64,000 bases of DNA from an uncultured Candidatus Poseidoniales archaeon (GTDB lineage: Archaea; Thermoplasmatota; Poseidoniia; Poseidoniales; Poseidoniaceae), in contig CAZPME010000005.1 of assembly GCA_964587885.1 (NCBI GenBank), positions 17,115 through 81,114 of the forward strand. Direction: 5' to 3'. Of the stretch, positions 37,468 through 45,850 are shown one piece after another (the first letter of the stretch is position 1; each line of letters starts with the position of its first letter). The translations under genes were made by a program, and so were the position numbers. Under the pieces are notes generated by a model. The model was not told the DNA's origin. It ran no database searches and saw only the letters and a list, made by a program, of their open reading frames with translations.

Positions 37468-38019
37468 ATGGCTGCGAAGAAAGGTACTGCTGACGAGAAA
37501 GCGATGAAGGCTCTCACTGCGTTAGCGGGAGTAGGTGCAGCAACGGCTAAGAAAATGATTGCTGCGGGTATGAAAACCCCTGCTGGTGTTCGCAGTAAGG
37601 GCGTTAATGGTCTGGTTAAAGCTGGTATTTCTGCAGCAGTTGCCAAGAAGATTATCTCTGGTTTACCAAAGGCGGCAGCCAAGAAAACTGCAGCCAAAGC
37701 CAAGGCTACAACGACCAAGGCAAAATCCGCAGCCAAGAAAACTGCAGCCAAAGCCAAGGCTACAACGGCCAAGGCAAAATCCGCGGCCAAGAAGACCACG
37801 GCAAAAGCCAAACCAGCGGCTAAAAAGGCAGCAACTAAAGCAAAATCAACTGCTAAAAAAGGTGCTGCTAAGACCAAAACAGTTGCCAAGAAAACCGCAA
37901 CCAAAGCTAAAACATCAGTGGCTGCAGCCAAGAAAAAGGCTGCACCAAAGAAGAAAGCACCGAAAAATACCATCTCAACCCCATCTCTTGCGGAAATGTT
38001 GAAGCGAATAAAGCGGTAA
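37468..38019 (+). CDS. Helix-hairpin-helix protein with Lys/Ala-rich linker-histone-like tail
   Basis: ORF 37435..38019 trimmed to ATG 37468. Two HhH-like motifs (LTALAGVGAATAKKMIAAG, LVKAGISAAVAKKIISG) followed by ~110 aa of AKKTAAKAKATT-type repeats. Confidence 0.7.
   Translation: MAAKKGTADEKAMKALTALAGVGAATAKKMIAAGMKTPAGVRSKGVNGLVKAGISAAVAKKIISGLPKAAAKKTAAKAKATTTKAKSAAKKTAAKAKATTAKAKSAAKKTTAKAKPAAKKAATKAKSTAKKGAAKTKTVAKKTATKAKTSVAAAKKKAAPKKKAPKNTISTPSLAEMLKRIKR
37675..37782. repeat. 54-bp direct tandem duplication (2 units, 1 mismatch) inside the Lys/Ala-rich CDS
   Basis: Units 37675-37728 and 37729-37782 differ at one base (acgAcc vs acgGcc). They encode AAKKTAAKAKATT(T/A)KAKS. Confidence 0.9.
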
Positions 38020-38061
38020 TTAAGCCCAAACTTCAATGACCCGCGTCGCCAACCTATTGGT

Positions 38062-38256
38062 GTGCCAAGACGCAAGTATGGTAAATTACGCAAGACAGTT
38101 ACCGAACCGAGTGTTGATAATTGTAGTCGTTGCCGTTCTGGAAAGTATTGCCCAATCGAAACACATTCTGGCTACAATGTAAAGCCCGAACGGGAATGGA
38201 GCGGGCCTCCCGAACTGGCCAAAAGAAATAAGAAAAAACACCCAGGTGCAAAATAA
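38062..38256 (+). CDS. Possible small basic Cys-containing protein
   Basis: 64-aa GTG-start ORF (CSRCRSGKYC, Lys-rich end) that fills the gap up to the xerA stop. No homology recognizable; may be spurious. Confidence 0.3.
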   Translation: MPRRKYGKLRKTVTEPSVDNCSRCRSGKYCPIETHSGYNVKPEREWSGPPELAKRNKKKHPGAK

Positions 38257-39336
38257 TCATTCACTTGGATTGAGGTTATCAAGGAAGCCGGTCAATTCAG
38301 GAATTTCCTCATCGACTTTAGTTTCGTTATCCTCCTCTATTACACTGCGCAAATCTTGGGCACGCTGGTAGACTTGGCGTAATGTTTGGTCCCTGATTTC
38401 AAGATATACTCGGGTAGTGGCAATACTGGCATGCCCTAGTAATCGTTGGATAGAAACCAAATCGGCACCACGCTCTAGTAGGCCGGTGGCGAAGTTATGG
38501 CGTAATACATGTGGTGAGACTTTATCACGAGGTAATCCGGCTTCAACCGCTAATTTATCCATCATCTTTTGAATACCGCGCGGTCGTAATCTTCTACCAC
38601 GACGACTTACGAATAATGACACTTCATCAAGATGGGCCCGTGTTTGGCGCGTTCGCATCCAGATATTGATGACTTCAACACTTTTTTCGGTGAATAATAC
38701 GAGACGGTCTTTGTTACCCTTACCTCCGACAACTCGTGCACTACGATCCGAAAGATCGATGTCGTGTATGTCGAGACCACAGATTTCACTGACTCGCATC
38801 CCTGACTCTAACATTAGAATGACCAGCGGCTCAGCGACTGGATTTTCGCTTTGTTTGCTGGCTTCAATTAGCAGATCTAATTCTCGGCTTGAAAGGGTAC
38901 GAGGAAGCGGCTGACCTTTTTTTGGCCGATTTAACCATTCTGGGAATTGATGACCTAACCAATGTAGGAGGTGACCTGCGGCCGCCATTCGAGCGTGAAC
39001 GGTAGTTGGTTTTAATTCAGCCATTGCATGAACCCAAATATCTATTCGGCCATTGATAGGATCCAATCTCGTGCGTAAGTCAGTAAGATTGATTTCTTCG
39101 ACATCACGTTTGCTAAGAATATTTTCTTCCGCCAATGGGGTTTCAATAAATTTGTTGATTCCACACATGTATGATTTGATAGTGTTATCCGATTTTCCTT
39201 CGCTACGCAATTGTTGACGATAACTGGTGCGCCAAGGTAAATGTGAGATTCGTTGCAGTCGCTGAGGTAGACCTGAACTGGTAATTTGATTGGGCAAGCG
39301 ACGCTGTACTCCCTCAAAACCACTTTTCTCTCGCAT
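38257..39336 (-). CDS. xerA: Tyrosine recombinase, XerA/XerCD-like
   Basis: Catalytic signature ESGMRVSE (R), GKGNKDR (K), HVLRHNFAT (HxxR), LLGHASIATTRVYL (H...Y). Confidence 0.9.
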   Translation of the reverse strand: MREKSGFEGVQRRLPNQITSSGLPQRLQRISHLPWRTSYRQQLRSEGKSDNTIKSYMCGINKFIETPLAEENILSKRDVEEINLTDLRTRLDPINGRIDIWVHAMAELKPTTVHARMAAAGHLLHWLGHQFPEWLNRPKKGQPLPRTLSSRELDLLIEASKQSENPVAEPLVILMLESGMRVSEICGLDIHDIDLSDRSARVVGGKGNKDRLVLFTEKSVEVINIWMRTRQTRAHLDEVSLFVSRRGRRLRPRGIQKMMDKLAVEAGLPRDKVSPHVLRHNFATGLLERGADLVSIQRLLGHASIATTRVYLEIRDQTLRQVYQRAQDLRSVIEEDNETKVDEEIPELTGFLDNLNPSE

Positions 39337-39506
39337 CTGCCTCCCCTTTTCCTGTGCTTACTCATCGTCTGCCCGCAATGCGGGTGTGCATCCCATGTCC
39401 TGTCGGACGGGTGCATCTGCTCCTTTGAACATATCAAGTCTTCGTGGAAAACCCACTACAAAAGTGCCTAGTTCGTATAATCCTAGAGCCCCCGAGAGGG
39501 TTAGAT

Positions 39507-40706
39507 TTAGCCGGAAATTTCTTGGTCGAGTTGGGATGAATCCCATTCAAGAGTTTCATTCAAGCCAACGCGCGTTGCACTCTTGAGTGCTTGACGTAAT
39601 ACTTTGAATTCACCATAACAAATCAAGACATCATCGAAGCGAAGTTGCAAGTTATACTCGGGATTCCACAGCAAATTCTTGCCTCGAGAAAGGGCGAATA
39701 CCGGAATCGTATCACCACTGCTAAACAATTCTTCAATCGTTCGACCGACTAATCGAGGATGATGACGTACGTGTAATGATAGGACGCCTTGGTCGAGGTT
39801 GGTACGCAAAAGTTGCCCTACGTCAACATCAGCGAAATCGACATCTCGCACCAAGAAATCGATGATTTCGCCGGCGACATTTACTCCGCTAGCGGCTTCG
39901 ATACCTTGAAGTCCTGGCGATGAATTAATCTCTAGAACAAGTGGTCCATCAGCACCCTCTAGAAGATCGACTCCAGCAATATTGAGACCCATAACCCGAG
40001 CCGCTCGACGAGCCGCATTGATGTATTCATCATCTAATTCGACCGATTCAACAGTACCATTGAGGTGAAAGTTTGAACGAAATTCTCGCCCGCGAGCTCG
40101 CCGACGCATCGCAGCTACAACTCGATCGCCAACAACCAAGGCACGGATATCCTTACCATGGCTTTCAGCAATGTATTGTTGTATCAATACTGCCTTTCCA
40201 GACAGTAGCAATGCTTCGACCAAATTCAAAGACTCTTGCAAAGTATGGCGTAGGAATACCCCTTGCCCTTGGGTACCCTCGCTGACTTTGATTATACAGG
40301 GGAGTCCACCGACTCTCTCAATTGCAGTCTCCACATCATGGAGGTCACGCACATATGCAGTAGTAGGTATATTGATTCCATTCTTGGCCAATATTTGGCT
40401 AGCCAACAACTTATCGCGCGACTTACGAATACTATCACCAGTATTGGCCGAATACATCCCAAGTTGCTCAAATTGGTTGAGTAAAGCAACCCCGTGGCGA
40501 GTAATAGAATGGCCAATACGGGGGATTGCGGCATCAAAAGCGACCGGCTCACCCCGATGGAGAATCTCCACTCCATCGTTGCCAATAGTCAAGCCAAATT
40601 TGAGTGGGTCGAGCACGGAAATGTCCAAATCTCGCTTGAAGCCTTCTTCAACTAAACGCCGAGTACTGTAAAGCCTCGCGCCGCGTGAAAGAACTGCTAT
40701 TCGCAT
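39507..40706 (-). CDS. RimK-family ATP-grasp alpha-L-glutamate ligase fused to a C-terminal TrkA-C (RCK_C)-like domain
   Basis: ORF 39507..40838 trimmed to ATG 40706 (MRIAVLSRG). ATP-grasp motifs (PCIIKVSEGTQGQGV, IAGVDLLEGADGPLVLEINSSPG). The C-terminal ~100 aa (VGRTIEELF...FALSRGKNLLWNP...FDDVLICYGE) follow the TrkA-C pattern. Confidence 0.85.
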   Translation of the reverse strand: MRIAVLSRGARLYSTRRLVEEGFKRDLDISVLDPLKFGLTIGNDGVEILHRGEPVAFDAAIPRIGHSITRHGVALLNQFEQLGMYSANTGDSIRKSRDKLLASQILAKNGINIPTTAYVRDLHDVETAIERVGGLPCIIKVSEGTQGQGVFLRHTLQESLNLVEALLLSGKAVLIQQYIAESHGKDIRALVVGDRVVAAMRRRARGREFRSNFHLNGTVESVELDDEYINAARRAARVMGLNIAGVDLLEGADGPLVLEINSSPGLQGIEAASGVNVAGEIIDFLVRDVDFADVDVGQLLRTNLDQGVLSLHVRHHPRLVGRTIEELFSSGDTIPVFALSRGKNLLWNPEYNLQLRFDDVLICYGEFKVLRQALKSATRVGLNETLEWDSSQLDQEISG

Positions 40707-40824
40707 ACTACTCAATTCCCCGCCCACCGACTTCTCTTTCAAAGATTTCGCCAAAAAGCCGGTTTTTTGGGCTTTGAATCTCGGAAGATTCCTCCGACCA
40801 ATTGAAACCGAGACCGGTATTGCG

Positions 40825-42051
40825 ATGCGTATGGACACTGTTAATCCGGGGCCCGAAGGGATTCCTGAAGAGGCTATTCTTCACCCCGCGGATTCGCTCG
40901 CAGAACCACATCCTGCCGATTCAATCGATACTCCGGATTTGCCATCTGGGCCGGCTGGACCACCTTCTGGTGGGCCAGATGGAGCACCTCCTTCAATCGA
41001 AAATAAAGACGGTGACGATGAACATGACGTCGAGCGAAAGTTGACCAAGCGCGAGATGGTTGAAGAATTGAAGGAGAAGACTAAGAAAGCCCGCTGGAAT
41101 GTCTTTCTCTTTCTTGGCGTTGGCGCAATAATGTTTGCTTTTGCCCTTTTTCCCATGTCTACTCCAGGATTTTGGGAAGATGGGAATTTGGAAAGCGATC
41201 CGCTCGACCCTGTCGGACAAATCAATACTCAAGTTTTGGTATTTGGCGTCCCTAGCATGAAAGTAGATGTGACAGTCGATGTATGGGTTGAAGATTCCTT
41301 TGGTGGTGATATTGAGGTATATCTTGTCCCTGGAACTTGCGATAGCAATAATATGCTCTATGATACTGCAGAGATGAAAATTGACAATTCTACAGCCTAT
41401 GCACTGATAAAAGATGCTGCCCCTGGAAGTGAGCATTCTGTCGACCTTGAGGTAGACCCAGTTGGTAATCACTGCTTTGTCGCTTGGTACGCTCAATCGC
41501 CAGCCTCGCCAGCCTTGGAGGCGTCAGTACATGTTTACTCTAATCGAGTTCCCGCTGGAGTATTGGCTGCTGGCTCACTGTTCCTTTCTGGATTTGCATT
41601 CTGGGGAGCGCAAAAGCATGGCAAGAAAATGAAGGAATTACTTATTCCACCGGGTAAGAAATCGCCTGAACAAGAAGCCCTCGACGAAGCGATGAAAATT
41701 CGCCTTTCTTCGGGTCCAGGTACCACTCCTGCTGAAGCTCCACCAGTTGGTAGCCCGTCAGCATCTGGACCACCTGTTAGTGCGCCGCCTTCTGTTGCCC
41801 AGACAGTTGAATCTACAGAATCGGTAGCGGCTGAGCCACAAGTGGATATGGTTGTCGCCAACCCACCTTTTACAGCACCTGTGGAAAATCAAGAACCAGC
41901 AGTTGAACCAGTAGGTGTGACTGAACCAGCCAGTGAGCCAAATTACGTACCCACTGGTGACGGATATTTCTACATTCAAAATCCGGACGGCTCTTTCCAA
42001 CAACAGGCCTATTATCAGGGTCCAGATGGAAGATACTGGCCATACAGCTGA
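40825..42051 (+). CDS. Hypothetical two-TM membrane protein with Pro-rich termini
   Basis: ORF 40774..42051 trimmed to ATG 40825. Pro/acidic N-terminus, TM helices FLFLGVGAIMFAFALFPM and AAGSLFLSGFAFWGA, Pro-rich C-terminus. Confidence 0.55.
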   Translation: MRMDTVNPGPEGIPEEAILHPADSLAEPHPADSIDTPDLPSGPAGPPSGGPDGAPPSIENKDGDDEHDVERKLTKREMVEELKEKTKKARWNVFLFLGVGAIMFAFALFPMSTPGFWEDGNLESDPLDPVGQINTQVLVFGVPSMKVDVTVDVWVEDSFGGDIEVYLVPGTCDSNNMLYDTAEMKIDNSTAYALIKDAAPGSEHSVDLEVDPVGNHCFVAWYAQSPASPALEASVHVYSNRVPAGVLAAGSLFLSGFAFWGAQKHGKKMKELLIPPGKKSPEQEALDEAMKIRLSSGPGTTPAEAPPVGSPSASGPPVSAPPSVAQTVESTESVAAEPQVDMVVANPPFTAPVENQEPAVEPVGVTEPASEPNYVPTGDGYFYIQNPDGSFQQQAYYQGPDGRYWPYS

Positions 42052-42158
42052 TAATTGAAGAATACGGCAACTGTTCAATACTGCTATAATTGCGAGATTT
42101 GGTACACAGCAACCGAGAGGCTTGAAAGCAGGTCTCGGCGACCATATTATCGTCGGCC

Positions 42159-44393
42159 ATGGTTAAGTCATCACTTTCCCAGCATACTGTCGCAGAATTA
42201 CGCAAGTTGTGTAAGCGTAATGGCTTGGTGATTTCAGGCAAAAAATCCGCTCTCATTGAACGTTTGCAAGAGGCAGGATTTGGAGAAAAGGTTGAGCCGC
42301 AAAAGTCGCAAACAAGAATAGAGGAATTGCGCACAGAAATGGGTGATGAAGATGCCCTCATTCTGGAAGAAGATGAACCACGTACACCAAGAGAGAAGAA
42401 ATCACCCAAAGACAAAACATCGGAAAAGGACAAAGAGAACGAAATTGCTGATGATGAGGTCATTGATGCTGAAGTATTCGATGGTGAAATAGTTGAAGCG
42501 GAGATATTTGAAGCCGAAGTGCTTGAGGCTGAAGTAGTAACAGGCGAAGAAGATGAAGAGGATGAAAGTACTGAAGAAAGCGAGAATGTGATGGAAGATC
42601 CAATCCCAATTCCAGTAATTTCTAAAAGTACTACTAGGGCTAAAAATCAGTTAGGAAAGACCCCTCCGAAGCGTAAAATTGTAGCCGGAGCAGTAGTATT
42701 TTTCTTGCTCGCGATGACTGGATGGTGGTACTTCTCTGGTACGATTGAACCTTTTACTCCCGACCCGATTCGATATGGTGATTCAATGCATTATACCATT
42801 TCCGATGGTCTATTTTCTGCCGATGGAGAATATGTAGAAAAGACGCTTGAGGCGTTGAATTCAGAAGAAGACGATATTTGCAAAATTGCCTTATCATTTT
42901 CTGGAACTGGAGATATATCTATCACTAAAGGCGGCGAAGCCGAACTTTCAGGAGAAACTGGCGATGAAATGCTTGGGGCGGTTAAACAGCGTGGTTCTTA
43001 CGGCTATGAGTGGTTAACCGTGGAAAAAGATTTTTCCCAAGATTATAATGATGTAATTATTACTAGGCATAAGAATAATCTCATCGATTCAAGCAAATGT
43101 AATGATTCTGGTGCTTCTGCTTTTGGAAATACAATGAGTATACAAACTAAAACTTGGAATGAGATGCGTAGTGAAGACTTATTGCGCTCCCAAGTCGATT
43201 ACCAAGTGCAATTAGAATCCAGTTCTTTTGAGGGCTCACTCACAACCTTTGGCCTTTCGGGAATATTCAGCAGCCTTGGCTCTTTGCAGTCTTCAATTTC
43301 GATGGCCTTCGCTCCGATAGAGTTGAAGGAATTGATTGGTGACACCTTGGTTGAAGATGGCTCGAGCGGAACTCGAATGGGGTGGGAATGGCGTGTGGTT
43401 GGAAGTGAGGAAAAGAATGGCGACTTATCGTGGCGTATTTTCATGGAGAGTTCTGACATCAAGAAATATTGTCTAGGTCATGCGCACATCACAATTTGGG
43501 CGCAAGCCGAATCACCTTGGGCGGTTCATCAAGAGGTTGATATCCAAATAGACGGCGATGATAAGAGTAATACTTGCGATTCAACTTCACAAATAATCAA
43601 CGATCTTGTAGTTCCTGAAGGCACGCTTGAAATGCGCATGAAGATGCAGCGCTCATCGATTGAGCGCGGCGAAAAAGCGGTTGTTTTCGGGCGCGATTAT
43701 GATTCACGCCCCCGTTCATCTGATTTCCGTCCTAATGCTGATGAATTAAGTGACTGGGGTGAAAATGGCACCAATTTACCCGACCTTTCGAGTCGCCGAA
43801 CTCATCCATTGGAGTCGGCGGTAGATTGTGTACCGCACCTAGAAGGCGCCGCGGGAGCGAAAGCAGCCCTTGCTGGGGAAGGGTATGTGTGGCGAGCAGT
43901 TGACAATAGGTCAGTTGCTGGTATTACTAATTGGAACCTCTCTTGGGTCGATAGTGATGATATTAGTGGGTGGGTAAATCTTGATGTAAGCGGTTCACCG
44001 GCTTCTAGCGAAAATTGCACCTATATCGGTTCGGGTTCTTATGAAGATGGACCGAGTCATGACCGCAATGATATTCCTGAATCACTTGATTTAGCGGCCC
44101 TTGAGAGCCGTTTCCTTGATGCCGGCAAGTATCCTGAATTGACTTCTGGAAATGCATACTTGGGAACTTCTTCGGCGATGCATGATAATGTAAGGTACGG
44201 TCATTTGATTACTACTGCTGGTGCGGGTTTTGATAGAATTAGCCAATGGTTTGACCTCGAAGATGGAGCCGGAGCAAGCACAGTCGATTTACATCGAACT
44301 TGGGAAGATGGTCAATGGACAAACTCGTTCAAGTTGGGTGCTGATGCAAGTGACGGACGAGTAGTTGGTTGGTCCTTCGCTCGAAGTATGTAG
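42159..44393 (+). CDS. Single-pass membrane protein with N-terminal SAP DNA-binding motif and large extracytoplasmic domain
   Basis: N-terminus LSQHTVAELRKLCKRNGLVISGKKSALIERLQEAG is a textbook SAP motif. Next come an acidic (EAEV/IF)n linker, the TM IVAGAVVFFLLAMTGWWYF, and ~550 aa of non-repetitive sequence. Confidence 0.7.
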   Translation: MVKSSLSQHTVAELRKLCKRNGLVISGKKSALIERLQEAGFGEKVEPQKSQTRIEELRTEMGDEDALILEEDEPRTPREKKSPKDKTSEKDKENEIADDEVIDAEVFDGEIVEAEIFEAEVLEAEVVTGEEDEEDESTEESENVMEDPIPIPVISKSTTRAKNQLGKTPPKRKIVAGAVVFFLLAMTGWWYFSGTIEPFTPDPIRYGDSMHYTISDGLFSADGEYVEKTLEALNSEEDDICKIALSFSGTGDISITKGGEAELSGETGDEMLGAVKQRGSYGYEWLTVEKDFSQDYNDVIITRHKNNLIDSSKCNDSGASAFGNTMSIQTKTWNEMRSEDLLRSQVDYQVQLESSSFEGSLTTFGLSGIFSSLGSLQSSISMAFAPIELKELIGDTLVEDGSSGTRMGWEWRVVGSEEKNGDLSWRIFMESSDIKKYCLGHAHITIWAQAESPWAVHQEVDIQIDGDDKSNTCDSTSQIINDLVVPEGTLEMRMKMQRSSIERGEKAVVFGRDYDSRPRSSDFRPNADELSDWGENGTNLPDLSSRRTHPLESAVDCVPHLEGAAGAKAALAGEGYVWRAVDNRSVAGITNWNLSWVDSDDISGWVNLDVSGSPASSENCTYIGSGSYEDGPSHDRNDIPESLDLAALESRFLDAGKYPELTSGNAYLGTSSAMHDNVRYGHLITTAGAGFDRISQWFDLEDGAGASTVDLHRTWEDGQWTNSFKLGADASDGRVVGWSFARSM

Positions 44394-44466
44394 TAGCCAA
44401 ATACCTTTCAAGGGTTGAAAACCCCCGTCATCGTCAAAAGGGAAGCAAATGCCCCCGTAACGCGGG

Positions 44467-45411
44467 ATGCACATGCAAGAGGATGAGCGTGAGCTGGTTA
44501 TTGAGGCCGAATTCGAAGAATTAGAACTCCCTTCTTCTCGAGCATGTGTTGAACCTGCTGATGAAATTTCAGTCGCTTCGCCTCGACCAACTCTCGATCT
44601 ACCAGATGCTCCCAAAACACGCGCTGGAATGGCCCGAGTAATCGTATGTATCAATCAAAAAGGCGGAGTTGGAAAGACCACTACAGTCATCAATGTCGCT
44701 GCACATTTGGCCACTCTCGGCTTACGTGTATTGGTCATAGATTGCGATTCACAGGGAAATTGTGCTACCGGTTTGGGCATCGATAAATCGAAGGTTGCTA
44801 ACAATACACGTACCTTATTGTTGGAACCTGAAAGGGCGGCAGAATGTCGATATGCGACTCCAATTGAAGGATTACATCTGATTGTTGGCGACCGTAGTTT
44901 GGTAACACTTGAGCAGGAATTAGTTTCTGAACTGGGGCGCGAACGTCGCTTGAGTGAAGGTTTGGAACAATTATTACCTCACTATGACATTATTCTCATT
45001 GATACCCCGCCTTCACTCGGCATTGTGACGATAAATGCTCTAACTGCGGCTGATGCGATTATTATTCCAGTGCAAACAGAATATTTCGCATTAGAGGGAC
45101 TTGCTCTATTGGCTACGACAATTCGCGAGGTACGTAGCCGCCTTAATTCACGACTGGGAGTGGATGCAGTATTGTTGACAATGCACGCACCTACTTTGCT
45201 CAATGGTCAAGTTGCTGCCCAGATCAAAGAAACCCTCGGTAGAGTGGTAATTGAACCTCCTATCCGCCGAAATATTCGTTTGGCTGAAGCACCTAGTCAT
45301 GGCATCCCAATCCATCTTCATGCACCACAATCACACGGCGGTAATGATTATCGCTTACTTAGCGAGAACCTTGCTCTACGGTGGGGTTTGGCAAATCGTG
45401 GCGGTGGTTGA
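44467..45411 (+). CDS. parA: ParA/Soj-family partition ATPase
   Basis: Deviant Walker A INQKGGVGKTTT, plus DCDSQGN and ILIDTPPSLG. The acidic 54-aa N-terminal extension may not be translated (alternative ATG at 44629, MARVIVCINQ). Confidence 0.9.
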   Translation: MHMQEDERELVIEAEFEELELPSSRACVEPADEISVASPRPTLDLPDAPKTRAGMARVIVCINQKGGVGKTTTVINVAAHLATLGLRVLVIDCDSQGNCATGLGIDKSKVANNTRTLLLEPERAAECRYATPIEGLHLIVGDRSLVTLEQELVSELGRERRLSEGLEQLLPHYDIILIDTPPSLGIVTINALTAADAIIIPVQTEYFALEGLALLATTIREVRSRLNSRLGVDAVLLTMHAPTLLNGQVAAQIKETLGRVVIEPPIRRNIRLAEAPSHGIPIHLHAPQSHGGNDYRLLSENLALRWGLANRGGG

Positions 45412-45412
45412 A

Positions 45413-45850
45413 ATGGGTAAACGCCGAGGTTTAGGTCGGGGCCTCGACGATTTGATGGCTACTCATGACACCGATTTACCCTTTCTCGATACTTACGGGC
45501 AGTCAGATGGTGAGCCTGAATCAGGACTTCCGCCTTCAGCCGGCGGTGATGACCCTGCAGAGTTATTGCAGGCTTGTATTCGATTATTGAATAGTGAAGG
45601 GGCGCAGGTGAAAACCGCACAGGATAGGGCAGAGGTTGGTGATTGGCTTGTCTTGTCAGCGATAGAATCGGGTGTTGAGGTTAGCGCCAATTCAACGCAT
45701 GCTCTACCTTTGGTAGCCAGCGATTTACAGGAGCCCGGATTTGAAACTGGCAGTCTTAGTGCCGACCGATGCCGCGCTAGTGTTGTCCTTACCCGATGGG
45801 GAGTGGCGACGCGACGCCTTCTTTCGCGCCTGCTTGAATCTCAGTCGTAA
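45413..45850 (+). CDS. Short ParA-partner candidate carrying only a ParB-type N-terminal peptide
   Basis: ORF 45251..45850 trimmed to ATG 45413, which is 2 nt after the parA stop. It starts MGKRRGLGRGLDDLM (ParB/Spo0J N-terminal motif). I found no GERRxRA box or HTH by eye in the remaining ~130 aa. Confidence 0.6.
   Translation: MGKRRGLGRGLDDLMATHDTDLPFLDTYGQSDGEPESGLPPSAGGDDPAELLQACIRLLNSEGAQVKTAQDRAEVGDWLVLSAIESGVEVSANSTHALPLVASDLQEPGFETGSLSADRCRASVVLTRWGVATRRLLSRLLESQS

Noticed and set aside
37407-38093. 228-aa minus-strand ORF (A/F/L-rich, looks like a multi-TM protein) opposite the Lys/Ala-rich gene
   Set aside because: It is the reverse-complement reading of GCN/AAR-rich repeats (Ala/Lys codons read as Phe/Leu/Ala). 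The plus-strand product has a non-repetitive HhH N-terminus and a sensible start. The antisense ORF is most likely an artefact.
38257-39336. Tyrosine recombinase as the integrase of an integrated mobile element
   Set aside because: I found no adjacent tRNA target, no flanking direct repeats, and no phage or plasmid genes nearby. The motifs fit the housekeeping XerA/XerCD type, so it is treated as chromosomal.
39337-39506. Possible dif-like XerA site or structured RNA in the 170-bp gap upstream of xerA (small hairpin CCCGC-AAT-GCGGG; GGGTG(T)GCATC repeated)
   Set aside because: I could not identify a convincing 11-6-11 inverted-repeat dif architecture by eye, and the hairpin is too short to be meaningful. 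A motif scan with archaeal dif models is needed.
41870-42463. 197-aa minus-strand ORF across the 40825/42159 intergenic region and the SAP gene start
   Set aside because: It is Ser-rich low-complexity antisense to acidic (GAA/GAT) coding repeats. It conflicts with two better-supported plus-strand genes.
45251-45412. The 5' 54 codons of the track ORF 45251..45850
   Set aside because: This part lies entirely inside parA in another frame and translates to non-protein-like sequence. The ParB-like motif begins exactly at the ATG 2 nt past the parA stop.
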